Source of the DNA: Leucoraja erinacea
Taxonomy: Eukaryota
DNA length: 64,000 bases
Assembly (NCBI RefSeq): GCF_028641065.1
Contig: NC_073387.1
Coordinates: 26,102,001-26,166,000 of the forward strand
Direction: 5' to 3'
The position numbers and the translations under genes were made by a program. The notes beneath the pieces were generated by a model. That model was not told where the DNA came from and did no database searches. It saw nothing but the letters and a program-made list of their open reading frames with translations. Shown here one piece after another: positions 27,896 to 40,180 of the stretch. Numbering within the stretch: position 1 is the first letter of the stretch; every line of letters starts with the position of its first letter.

Positions 27896-28473
27896 TGCAC
27901 TTGTCACTTGACCTCCCCCCTCGACTCCATTCAAGGACCCAAGCAGTCGTTCCAGGTGCGACAGAGGTTCACCTGCACCTCCTCTAACCTCATCTATTGC
28001 ATCCGCTGTTCTTGATGTCAGCTGATCTACATCAGTGAGACCAAGCATAGGCTTGGCGATCATTTCGCCGAACACCTCCGCTCGGTCCGCACTAACCAAC
28101 CTGATCTCCCTGTGACTCAGCACTTCAACTCCCCCTCCCATTCTGAATCCGATCTTTCCGTCCTGGGCCTTCTCCATGGCCAGAGTGAGCACCACCGTAA
28201 ATTGAAGGAGCAGCACCTCATATTCCGCTTGGGCAGTTTGCACCCTAGTGGCATGAACATTGATTTTTCCAATTTCCGGTAGCCCTTGCTGTCTCCTCCC
28301 CTTCTCAGCTCTCCCTCAGCCCTCTGGCTCCTCCTCTTCCTTTCTCCTTTCTTCTCCCCCCCCCCCCCTACATCAGTCTGAAGAAGGGTTTTGGCCTGAA
28401 ACGTTGCCTATTTCCTTCGCTCCATAGATGCTGCTGCTGCACCCGCTGAGTTTCTCCAGCATTTTTGTCTACC
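27896..28473 (+). mobile_element. Penelope-like 3' fragment inserted in a CR1 tail
   Basis: GIY-YIG remnant homologous to 3540-3840, flanked by the direct repeat tcctattctcctgc. Confidence 0.8.
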
Positions 28474-28489
28474 TCCTATTCTCCTGCCT

Positions 28490-29790
28490 TCCCCTCAAAA
28501 CTTCTGACACCTGTACTAATCAAGAATCTATCTATCTATGCTGTAAAAATATCCACTAACTTGCCCTCCACAGCCTTCTGTGGCAAAGAATTCCACAGAT
28601 CACCACCCACTGACTAAAGAAATTTCTCCTCATCTCCTTCCTTAAAGAACGTCCTTTAATTCTGAAGCTCTGACCTCTGGTCCTAGACTCTCCCACTAGT
28701 GGAAACATCCTCTCCACATCCACTCTATCCAAGCATTTCACTATTCCGTTTCAATAATGTCCCCCCTCATTCTTCTAAACCCCAGCAAGTACAGGCCCAG
28801 TGCCAACAAACGCTCATCATAGATTTACCTCCTCATTCCGGGGATAATTCTTGTAAACTTCTCTGGACCCTCTCCAGAGCCAGCACATCCTTCTTCAGAT
28901 ATGGTGCCTAAAATTGCTCACAATATTCCAAATGTGGCCTTGCCAGCTCCTTATAGAGCCTGAGCATTACATCTCTTTTTGTATACAAGCCCTCTTGAAA
29001 TAAATGCTAGCATTAAGTTCACTTTCTTTACTACCGATTCGACTTCCAGATTTACTTTTTGGGGATCCTGCACCAGCACTCCCAAGTCCCCTTGCACCTC
29101 CGATTTCTGGATTCTTTCCCCATTTAGAAAATAAATTATGAATATAAATTATAAATTGCAGTATTCGTGCCACTGATCGTGTGGAACCAGCACTCCTTTC
29201 TCTGCTTGAAGTTAGTTGTCTTTTACTAAGCTCATTTTCCAACACAAGTATGTTTCCTTCTTGGGTTGGACTATCCACATACTGTTTCAGGAAACAGTCT
29301 TTGATACACTTAATAAATTCTGCCCAGTCTAAACCTTTAGCACTGAGCAAGTCCTAGTCAATATAGGTGAAGTTAAGCTCACCCACGTAGACAACCCTGA
29401 ATTTTTCAGTAGTCTATCTACAAATGGTTGCTTTATCTCCTGCTGACTATTGGGGGGGGGGGGGCTGATAGTACAATCCCATTAGATTGCTTGCACCTTT
29501 CTTAATGTTGATCTTGACCCTTATCACCTCAGTGGGACTAGCACCTCACCTACACTGCGTTCTCTCAAAGTGCCACTTTGACATTCTCCCTGAACCGTAG
29601 AGCAACTCCGCCACATCTTCCCTCCCACCTTATCGTGTCTGAAACTTTGAAAGTCTGGAACATTGAGCTTCCAGTTATGTCCCTCTTGCAACCAAGTTTC
29701 AGTAATGGCCACAGCATCATAGACCCAGCACCGAACCAGGCTCTAGGTTTATGTGCTTTTTCCATCACACTCTTTGTACCAAAATAAACA
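28490..29790 (-). mobile_element. CR1 fragments (3' end and endonuclease region)
   Basis: GESRTRGQSFRIKG, AITETWLQEG and FLKQYVDSPT motifs. Confidence 0.75.
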
Positions 29791-30394
29791 CATGTTAACC
29801 TATCAGGTTCACTATATTCCTTAACGTCTGCTTTCCTGTAAGACCTAATCCTAATGTCAACCTTCCATCAGTCTTTCCAAATGCTGAACTGCTACTATAG
29901 GTACTGTTTTTTTTCCACCTGCTAATCAGATTTTTTTAGGGGGATGAAAATGTCATTTCTTTGCTGTGAAAATGTACTGCAGTGAAGTACAGGCTCAGCC
30001 CAGTTCCTAGTCCATAAGGCACAGCTGTCCAGCAGTCAGAGCAAAATTTGAATGAATTGACCAATGTTAATTCATCAGATTGCTGGGAGAAGCAGAACCA
30101 AAAATTCACATGAGCTCATCAAAGTGAATCGAATAAGATCTAATGCTAAGAAAATAAGAAAACTCGGTGCAACAGGATGTTCCCCTGGTTTTTGGTTTTA
30201 TTTCCTTTCTGTTCTTGAGCGGATTGTCAAAATAATGTTAGTTCTGAGGACAGGCATCCACCACAATACAAAAGGAAGTGGGTGATTCATCTCCTCTCCC
30301 TTAGTTCTTGGAAGATACATTTCAAAACTACCATCCATTCCAACTAGCAAAAGAACATAAACTCAAAAATAATGGAAGTGGAGTTCATAAAACA

Positions 30395-30705
30395 GAGTGA
30401 GTCCCACCGCAAATTGGAGGAGTAGCACCTCATATTTCGCTTGGGTAGTTTACACCCCAGCGGTATGAACATTGACCTCCAATTTCAGGTAGTCCTTGCT
30501 TTCTCCCTCTTTCCCCTCCCCTTCCCAGCTCTCCCACAGCCTACTGTCTCCGCCTCTTCCTTGCTTCCTCTCGCCCCCCCCCCCCCCCCCCCCCCCAGCC
30601 CCAGCCCCATCAGTCTGAAGAAGGGTCACAACCCGAAACGTCACCTATTCCTTCGCTCCACAGATGCTGCTTCACCAGCTAAATTTCTCCAGCACTTATG
30701 TCTAA
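30395..30705 (+). mobile_element. Penelope-like 3' fragment
   Basis: Encodes a RKLEE-HLIFRLGSLHPSGMN terminus, followed by the same 3' repeat as 28190-28470. Confidence 0.75.
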
Positions 30706-30881
30706 ACATTGAATTGACCACCTGTACAGGGACAGAGATGTCAGGAGTTGCAATTAGTGTTAAAGCTGTGCCAGGTACAGAGTGCAGAGGTCTCATTAGA
30801 GCACGGCAATCCGTAGTATTTAAAATTCTTCTTGAAGTTTTAAGTATAATCTAGTGTCATATTATTTATTGTGTTGTACTT

Positions 30882-31152
30882 AACATAGAAACATAGAAAA
30901 TAGGTGCAGGAGGAGGCCATTCGGCCCTTCGAGCCAGCACCACCATTCATTGTGATCATATCAATAACCCGTGCCTGCCTTCTCCCCATATCCCTTGACT
31001 CCACTAGCCCCAAGAGCTCTATCTAACTCTCTCTTAAATCCATCCAGTGACTTGGCCTCCACTGCCCTCTGTGGCAGGGAATTCCATAAATTCACGACTC
31101 TCTGGGTGAAAACGTTTTTTCTCACCTCAGTCTTAAATGAAATCCCCTTTAT

Positions 31153-31191
<39 letters not shown>

Positions 31192-31475
31192 TTTTATTAG
31201 AAGTACGGTAAATTACAATCCTACACAACACATATATCTTAATACATTTTTTGTACCGCTTCATTTTTTTTGAGCTTTAAGAAAAAGGTAGAAGTAAGGA
31301 AAGTAAAGAAAGTGCAAGAGAGTCGTGAAGTGTAAGAGTGTTGGGAAAAGAAAGCCCCTTAGGAAAGAAGTTAGAGAAGGAAGTAAAGTGAGAAAATAGA
31401 CCCTAGAAAAAAAGAAAGAAAGAGAAAATAGAAACAATCGCTCTATTATAACAGACCTCCCCTTTATTCTAAGAC
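30882..31475 (-). mobile_element. CR1 3' end with a nested L1 3' fragment
   Basis: Poly(T) tract at ~31155-31190 plus L1 3' UTR (homologous to ~56830-57090), flanked by TSD cccctttattct. Confidence 0.8.
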
Positions 31476-32639
31476 GTACATATTCTTTGTGGCATTTGGT
31501 TGGATTTTAACAACATTTCCAGAGTTCTGTGTTGTGCTGCTCCACATGCCTGAATGAGTTTTCCAACCCAGATGGATTCTGGCTGAACTCTGAGGATGGG
31601 TGTAGGGAACCTACTTCTCCATCAGGTCGATGATGCCAACATGATACGACAGCTGGTGTAACGTTGCTTTCATGTTGACACTGTGACAGCTCTGTTACAG
31701 AATTGTCAGTGTGATCTTGTTACTCTTTAATTGTTGCTTTGACTTTGCTACAGGGACCATGGTCTTGTCGCATGGTCACCCTACCAGTGTTACATCACAT
31801 GTGTAGGAAGGTGCTGCAGATGCTGGTTTAAACCGAAGATAGACACAAAAAGCTGGAGTAACTTGTCTGAAGAAGGGTCTTGACTCGAAACGTCACCCAT
31901 TCCTTCTCTCCAGAGATGTTCTCTGTCCTGCTGAGTTATTCCAGCTTTTTGTGTCTATCTACCACTGTTACATTGCTGCTCTCACTGTGTGAGGAGTTAG
32001 CTGTTGCTATTCCTATGTCACCTTCCAGATCACCACCCAGTGCAGTGTGCAAATGAAAACCCAGCATCACTCTGCTGCTGATTTAGAAGTTTTATTTTTG
32101 TTGACATGATGTGGAGAAAGTGTTGCCAACTGTGAATGAATCCTGGTGATATTTCCTGAAACTCCTCCTCATCTCCCTTTGCTTCTCTGTATTGAGATCC
32201 CCGTGATCATCCCCACATCACATTTCCCAGCTTGACAAGTTGTTTTGCATCAAAGGAAACTGAATGGCTCTCAAAACCAAATCCATTGCTTTCTTCTGCA
32301 GTCTCTTTGGACTCCTTCAACTTATTGTCGTGGATCATTTTCTTCTCCCAATCCTCACACTTTTGATTACTTCCCCAATTTCTCACTCACCTCACACCAC
32401 TTTTTCCTCACACCTATCTGCCGTTCATCTCCCAATCTCTTGACACATACTCAATGCCCCAACCTATGAAAACAAGCATATCATATGCCTTCTTTACCAC
32501 TCTACCCACATGTATTACCATTTCTAGTGTCATGGTTATAACAGCAGCCTGGGGTAAACCAGTTTTGGAGCTCGCATTATTCCAGTTTAGAGACTCATGT
32601 GTTGTGCAGGGTGTGCAGAATGAAACCGTTAGTGCAGCC

Positions 32640-33140
32640 TGGAGTGATAATAGAAACTGACGGGGATGTGGACTTACCATTGGAGCCAATCCCTTGCCTC
32701 GATCGTTGCTCCAACTGCGGTTTTCACTATCGAGGAGCTCGCAGTCTCGGGTAGAGAACGATGTCAGGAGCTCCAAACGACGTAGAAGGTTTCGACCAGC
32801 CCCAACCCAGGGTCAGATTGCCCAGCGCGGGGGAGCTGAGATTCTCCCCTGATGCAGGAGCTTGTTCACCCCGACGCGGAGGGCCGGCTATGGGAGCCAA
32901 GATTGTCCCCGAAGGGTCGAGGCCCCCAACCGTGGGAGAACAAAGAAGGAAAAGAGATTTAACTTTTTTCCTCCTTCCAACACAGTGAGGAATGTGGAGG
33001 AGTCACAGTGGTGGATGTTTATGTTAAATTTATGTTAAAATGTATTTTGTGTGTTCTGTTGCTTTTTATTGGTATGACTGTATGGCAAATGAAATTCCTC
33101 ATATGTTGCAAAACATACTTGGCTAATAAAGTATGATTAT
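32640..33140 (+). mobile_element. Unclassified non-LTR 3' fragment
   Basis: GC-rich body ending in aataaagtatgattatg. Similar motifs occur in reverse at ~13660-13990 and ~47570-48400. Confidence 0.4.
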
Positions 33141-33505
33141 GAAAATGCTAGAAATATTATCTCAGTCTCCCGGTGACAGACATAAAATGCCCGGAAACTC
33201 TCGCTTTCTCCCCATTTCATCGCCTACTCTTCACAAATAAATCATTGAAAAGTGGCACTAAATCCCAGGACTCAGGTGGAACAGCGACCCAGCCAGTCCG
33301 GCACTTGGCAACATTTCCACTCTTCCTGCTGCTACTGCACAGGACAGACACGAGATCTGCTCGGTGCATTTTGTCACCAGTGATCTGAAGATCTAAACTG
33401 ACAGCAACGGTGAAGGAGGTTGTAATTTATGCGCGTTGGATATTGATGTAACGCCAAAGCAGGAGCCAAGTGGCTGATATGATTTGCCTCAATTCATAAT
33501 ACTGT

Positions 33506-36500
33506 GAAACATAGAAACATAGAAACATAGAAATTAGGTGCAGGAGTAGGCCATTCGGCCCTTCGAGCCAGCACCGCCATTCAATATGATCATGGCTGAT
33601 CATCCAACTCAGTATCCCGTACCTGCTTTCTCTCCATACCCCCTGATCCCCTTAGCCACAAGGGCCACATCTAACTCCCTCTTAAATATAGCCAATGAAC
33701 TGGCCTCAACTACCCTCTGTGGCAGAGAGTTCCAGAGATTCACCACTCTCTGCGTGAAAAAAAAGTTCTTCTCATCTCGGTTTTAAAGGATTTCCCCTTT
33801 ATCCTTAAGCTGTGACCCCTTGTCCTGGACTTCCCTAACATCGGGAACAATCTTCCTGCATCTAGCCTGTCCAACCCCTTAAGAATTTTGTAAGTTTCTA
33901 TAAGATCCCCTCTCAATCTTCTAAATTCTAGAGAGTATAAACCAAGTCTATCCAGTCTTTCTTCATAAGACAGTCCTGACATCCCAGGAATCAGTCTGGT
34001 GAACCGTCTCTGCACTCCCTCTATGGCAATAATGTCCTTCCTCAGATTTGGAGACCAAAACTGTACGCAATACTCCAGGTGTGGTCTCACCAAGACCCTG
34101 TACAACTGCAGTAGAACCTCTCTGCTCCTATACTCAAATCCTTTTGCAATGAAAGCTAACATACCATTCGCTTTCTTTACTGCCTGCTGCACCTGCATGC
34201 CTACCTTCAATGACTGGTGTACCATGACACCCAGGTCTCGCTGCATCTCCCCCTTTCCCAATCGGCCACCATTTAGATAATAGTCTGCCCTCCTGTTTTT
34301 GCCACCAAAATGGATAACCTCACATTTATCCACATTATACTGCATCTGCCAAACATTTGCCCACTCACCCAGGCTATCCAAGTCACCCTGCAGTCTCCTA
34401 GCATCCTCCTCACAGCTAACACTGCCCCCCAGCTTAGTGTCATCCGCAAACTTGGAGATATTGCCTTCAATTCCCTCATCCAGATCATTAATATATATTG
34501 TAAATAGCTGGGGTCCCAGTACTGAGCCTTGGGGTACCCCACTAGTCACTGCCTGCCATTGTGAAAAGGACCCGTTTACTCCTACTCTTTGCTCCCTGTT
34601 TGCCAGCCAGTTCTCTATCCACATCAATACTGAACCCCCAATGCCTTGTGCTTTAAGTTTGTATACTAATTTCTTATGTGGGACCTTGTCGAAAGCCTTC
34701 TGGAAGTCCAGATACACCACATCCACTGGTTCTCCCCTATCCACGCTACTAGTTACATCCTCGAAAAATTCTATAAGATTCGTCAGACATGATTTACCTT
34801 TCGTAAATCCATGCTGACTTTGTCCAATGATTTCACCACTTTCCAAATGTGCTGCTATCCCATCTTTAATAACTGACTCTAGCAGTTTCCCCACTACCGA
34901 TGTTAGACTAACTGGTCTGTAATTCCCCATTTTCTCTCTCCCTCCCTTCTTAAAAAGTGGGGTTACGTTTGCTACCCGCCAATCTTCAGGAACTACTCCA
35001 GAATCTAAAGAGTTTTGAAAGATTATTACTAATGCATCCATTATTTCTGGAGCTACTTCCTTAAGTACTCTGGGATGCAGCCTATCTGGCCCTGGGGATT
35101 TATCGGCCTTTAATCCATTCAATTTACCCAACACCACTTCCCGGCTAACCTGGATTTCACTCAATTCCTCCAACTCCTTTGACCCGCGGTCCCCTGCTAT
35201 TTCCGGCAAATTATTTATGTCTTCCTTAGTGAAGACGGAACCAAAGTAGTTATTCAATTGGTCCGCCATATCCTTGTTCCCCATGATCAACTCCCCTGTT
35301 TCTGACTGCAAGGGACCTACATTTGTTTTAACTAATCTCTTTCTTTTCACATATCTATAAAAACTTTTGCAGTCAGTTTTTATGTTCCCTGCCAGTTTTC
35401 TTTCATAATCTATTTTTCCTTTCCTAATTAAGCCCTTTGTCCTCCTCTGCTGGTCTTTGAATTTCTCCCAGTCCTCCGGTATGCTGCTTTTTCTGGCTAA
35501 TTTGTACGCATCATCCTTCGCTTTGATACTATCCCTGATTTCCCTTGTTATCCATGGATGTACTACCTTCCCTGATTTATTCTTTTGCCAAACTGGGATG
35601 AACAATTTTTGTAGTTCATCCATGCAGTCTTTAAATGTCTTCCATTGCATATCCACCGTCAACCCTTTTAGAATTAATTGCCAGTCAATCTTGGCCAATT
35701 CACGTCTCATACCCTCAAAGTTACCTTTCTTTAAGTTCAGAACCATTGTTTCTGAATTAACAATGTCACTCTCCATCCTAATGAAGAACTCAACCATATT
35801 ATGGTCACTCTTGCCCAAGGGGGCACGTACAACAAGATTGCTAACTAACCCTTCCTCATTACTCAATACCCAGTCTAAAATAGCCTGCTCTCTCGTTGGT
35901 TCCTCGACATGTTGATTTAGATAACTATCCCGCATACATTCCAAGAAATCCTCTTCCTCAGCACCCCTGCCAATTTGATTCACCCAATCTATATGTAGAT
36001 TGAAGTCACCCATTATAACCGTTTTGCCCTTTGTCGCACGCATTTCTAATTTCCTGTTTGATACCATCTCCAACTTCACTACTACTGTTAGGTGGCCTGT
36101 ACACAACACCCACCAGCGTTTTCTGCCCCTTAGTGTTTTGCAGCTCTACCCATACCGATTCCACATCCTCCAAACTAATGTCCTTCCTTTCCATTGCATT
36201 AATCCCCTCTCTAATCAGTAACGCTACCCCACCTCCTTTTCCTTTCTGTCTATCCCTCCTGAATATTGAATATCCCTGGATGTTCAGCTCCCAGCCTTGG
36301 TCACCCTGGAGCCATGTCTCCGTGATCCCAACTATATCATAGTCATTAATAGCTATCTGCACATTCAACTCATCCACCTTATTACGAATGCTCCTTGCAT
36401 TGAGACACAAAGCCTTCAGGCTTGTTTTTACAACACTCTTACCCCTTACACAATTATGTTGAAAAGTGGCCCTTTTTGATTTTTGCCCTGGTTTTGTCTG

Positions 36501-36560
36501 CCTGCCACTTTTACTTTTCACCTTGCTACCTATTTCTTCTACCCTCATTTTACACCCTTC
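33506..36560 (-). mobile_element. Young CR1-clade LINE with near-complete ORF2 (APE endonuclease + RT)
   Basis: ORFs 36006-36548 (LNARSIRNK, GITETWL) and 33740-36109 (MGDFN, SDH, GVPQGSVLGP, FADD) are joined by one frameshift near 36030. 3' (CTATGTTT)n tail. Confidence 0.95.
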
Positions 36561-36749
36561 GTGTCCACGTCAAGTAGGAAACAACTCGTAGCCACAGGAC
36601 AGGATGTGCCCCAGCGACAGCTCAGAGAGCGGCCGTGACAGTGCCTTCGAGTCTGAAGAAGGGGCCCGTCCCGGAACGTCACCTATTCCTTCTCTCCAGA
36701 GATGCTGCCTGGCCCGCTGTGTTACTCCAGCACCACAGTGTCCAGCGCG

Positions 36750-36801
36750 ATGGTTGTTACTGGCGGTGTGGCTCATTTGATCGTAGTATCTTTTTTTTTA
36801 G
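36750..36801 (+). CDS. TIM/HAVCR-like leader exon, cassette 2 (L2)
   Basis: 52 nt, MVVTGGVAHLIVVSFFL, TTAG/GTACGT donor, phase 1. Confidence 0.82.
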
Positions 36802-37581
36802 GTACGTTTCCGGTTCAGGAATTGAATTAGTTTGTCAAATCGTGTTATTCAAACTCCCTGGAATGCAGTAGGTGAGATGTGTCTGTGTGTGTGTGTAACT
36901 GAGGAGGTGCAGCCGAGTCACCGAGTGATGCCGGGTCTGATCGTGAGGACGGGCTGGAGTTGAGAAGGTCGAGGGGTGAACTAACGGGATCATTGGGGTT
37001 GAAGTCCAGGTGGGCGCTGATCTGACGGCATAGAGGATATTCGACTACGAATCTGTTCCACTGGTTTTGGCAGTTCAATGGGTTTGTTAACGGACAAATA
37101 GACCAAAGGCTGGAGCTGTGGTCCGAATTGTTTGTCCCGGTTCTACCCGTATCCGGGGAGTTTGGAATCTAATGAAATAAAATGTGAACAAAATGTCAAG
37201 AGAGGAAAATATTTGTCTCCCAGGAGTCATTCAGGGATTACAATGTGTGTCGATCCCTGTCCCATATGTCCCCGTGTCTGTCTCTGAAATTGCTTCACAA
37301 GCCGACAAGCTGAGTCAAAGCTGCTACAGAAATGCAGCGATTGGAGACGGCCGCTCGCCACCAGTTACCCTGGGATAAAGGGGTGGAGGTGGGGGGTAAA
37401 TACTGGATCTGCCTGCAATACACACATCCCGATAAATATAAACCCTTTCACAATACTCCCAATTGCCGCTAACGGTAACGGGCTCATTTTCTCAGCGCTG
37501 GGACCGGGTTGTCACAATGTGGCCACTCCCTTCCTCATCACTCAGCGCCGGCTATAACTGTCTTTTCCCGGACTGTTTCAG

Positions 37582-37929
37582 GTCGAGTGTCCCTTGCCAC
37601 CGGATCAGAAGTGCGAGGATACCCGGGACAGGCGATCACTCTGCCGTGCCACTACTCTGTCCAAATGCATGGTAAAACTGCGATGTGCTGGAGTCGGGGA
37701 AAATGCCCTGCCTCGGGCTGTGGATCTGAACTGATTAAAACAAACGGAGAAACTGTAACTTCAGCAGTATCCGAGAAATATCAGCTTGATGGTAACATTG
37801 AGCAAGGAGACGTGTCGCTCACGATAAAGCAGCTCCGGAAAGAAGACGGCGGCTGGTATTGCTGCCGTGTGAGGAGGCCTGGACCGTTTAATGATGTGAA
37901 AGTGAATTTGAATGTGCTGGTTTTGGATG
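37582..37929 (+). CDS. TIM/HAVCR-family IgV exon, cassette 2 (V2)
   Basis: 348 nt, phase 1-1; MCWSRGKCPASGC, YCCRVRRPGPFND. About 90% nt identity to V1 by manual alignment. Confidence 0.92.
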
Positions 37930-38277
37930 GTAAGCAGCTCAATATTACACGTTTCTGTCTCATTCCTGGCGTCGCAACGATGTTGCTGTTAACAGAGTTT
38001 CCTCACAGCTGTAGTGACCCAGGTTCGATCCTAACCTTCAGTGCCACCTGCGTGGAGTTCGCAGGTTCTCCACCAGTTTCCCCTCGTGTTCTGGTTTTCT
38101 CCCAGGTTCGAAGATGCGAGTGGGTTAAACTGCCTCTTGTGTAGAATAGTGGGGCGCAGATCGACAGGTTCCTGGGATATACGTACTGGATGGATTGCTG
38201 CGAATGTTTGAACAGGTGGCATGGTCTTGTTGGGCTGAATGGCCCTCTTCTGCCCCCTTAGGGAAATATCAAAACAC

Positions 38278-38954
38278 CATATTATTGTTTCTAGATTAAT
38301 TGTTAACTCTAATTAACATAGTTAAGCAAAGGGTGAAGTCGCCGCTGTAAAATGTCCCTAATGTGCAGGGCGGGGATGAGAAAATAGCATAACGTAGATT
38401 TGATATGAATTAGTGCTAGATGGTCGGCGTGGACTCTGTGGGACTAAGGGCCTGATTCCATGCTGTAACTTTCAATCAATCAATCAATTAAAAAATCAGT
38501 TGAATATCTAGCACTATGAATGAAGTGCAGGTGAAAATAGCAGGCGGGTAGAATGTAATATGGACAACGAGTCCATTGACAGAGATATTGTGAGGAGGAA
38601 CGTTTAATGTTTTACATCAGCTATATAATACAGAAACATTGGGTGTTTCCCATTCTGGCGTTTATAGCCATGTCTTTAAACTACAAGAAACATGAGCAGA
38701 GTAGGAAGGAACTGTAGATGCTGGTTTACACCGAAGATAGACACAAAATGCTGGAGTAACTCAGCGGGACAGGCAGCATCTCTGGATGACGTTTCGGTTC
38801 GAGACCCTTCTTTAGACCGAGGGACAGGGGAGAGGTCAGAGAAGGAATAGTAAGTGAAATAGGAGCAGACTTGGTGGAGTCTGTCATCTCCCCGTAACAT
38901 TAAACACCTTAATTACTAATTAGAGTTAACAATGAATCTAGAAACAATAATATG
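38278..38954. mobile_element. ~40-bp inverted-repeat-bounded element with internal SINE pieces
   Basis: catattattgtttctagatt(a/c)attgttaactctaatta at ~38278 and in reverse ending ~38954. No clear TSD. Confidence 0.55.
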
Positions 38955-38984
38955 TTATTGCATGTCAATCTCCACTTTAAAAAT

Positions 38985-39075
38985 ACCCAAAGACTTGGCT
39001 AGTTTTGTTGCCATGTGGAGATCTTTGGACTGTTTCAAGACGTGAAAGTGAATTTGGACCGTAGGCAGCTCAATG
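38985..39075 (+). pseudogene. Decayed third TIM IgV exon remnant (3' end)
   Basis: tgttgccatgtggagatctttggactgtttcaagacgtgaaagtgaatttggac...gcagctcaat aligns to the V1 3' end and intron start (CCHVEIFGLFQDVKVNL), with an internal deletion and a damaged donor. Confidence 0.75.
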
Positions 39076-39532
39076 TCCTTCTACTTGCTGAATACAGATG
39101 CAAAGTTAGCATTTAGTGCCTCGCAAATACATCCTCTGACTCTTTGGACAACTTCTAGTCCCGTCATCACACACAGTTCCACTTCCAGTGCTTCCCCGAG
39201 ATCAACCAGCTGCACTGTCCCGGCAGACCCATTGCACCCACCACCTTCAGGCTTCCAATCCAAAATAAAATGCTTACTCCAACCCTGTTTTGCCTTTATT
39301 AACGAGTGCACATCAGTAACTCCAATCCAATGGATTATTATGCTTTTTAAATGTGGAAACATCAAAGGCCCTATGAATGTCCAGAAACACCACATCCACT
39401 GGTTCTATATTCTACTCAGTGGGTTAGCTGTGTGTGAGCTGAATGATGCAGTATGTGGCAAAGCAGTGCGTGAGAAAGAATATGTCTTCACTCGCACACG
39501 AGCACAATAAATTATTATTTCTTCTGTTCTAG

Positions 39533-39616
39533 AGATCACCACACCGAATCCTTCAACCACAAATGAGTCTGTCCATGCACAGGATGCAAACTCTGTCAGA
39601 GCTTCTACATTTGAAG
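39533..39616 (+). CDS. TIM-like mucin/stalk exon 1
   Basis: ttctag acceptor, G/GTCAGA donor, 84 nt, phase 1-1. Encodes EITTPNPSTTNESVHAQDANSVRASTFE (S/T/P-rich, one N-glycan sequon). Confidence 0.75.
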
Positions 39617-40180
39617 GTCAGACTAAAAGTTCAAACTATGATGTCTTCTAATGTCTGTTGCAATGTATTTTTATATCCATATTTCCATGATTTGACTGCT
39701 TAAAGTTGACAAGGATACCTTGAAATTGCTACTAATACAAAACGTTTAATGTTTAAAACAACTTGAAATATCATGGATTTAAATTGAGTATTGCAAATAT
39801 TGCAAAATGTAGTCGGGAAATATTTGTGATTAAAGTGAATGGGACATACATTTTATCAAGTACCTTCAACACTGTCAGGAGATTCCAAGGTATTGAACAA
39901 CAAATGGAAGGCCAGCTTCTACAGCAGTGCCTCCACACCTCAATTTTTTTTTTCCTTGAATAGAATCCCAAAATTCCTGGAATTTGATGTTATTTCCTGA
40001 AATTTTCAAAAATGTTTCCTGCATGCTATTTGTTGGGTTTTTTTCACACGTTAACAACAAGGCAAATCATATCTATGTAACTACATTGTATTTGCCTGCT
40101 TCTGTTACTCACTTGTACAAGACAGCTTTCATTGCCTCCAACAGCTTTCGTTGTCTTTGTTTTTTCAACCAGCCCTCCTG

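Noticed and set aside
32028-32090. Sequence faintly resembling stalk exon 1 (agatcaccac...caaatga...tttagaag), a possible stalk exon for cassette 1
   Set aside because: The only acceptor gives a stop in the required phase-1 frame, the donor is poor and the similarity is patchy. At best a relic, and unproven.
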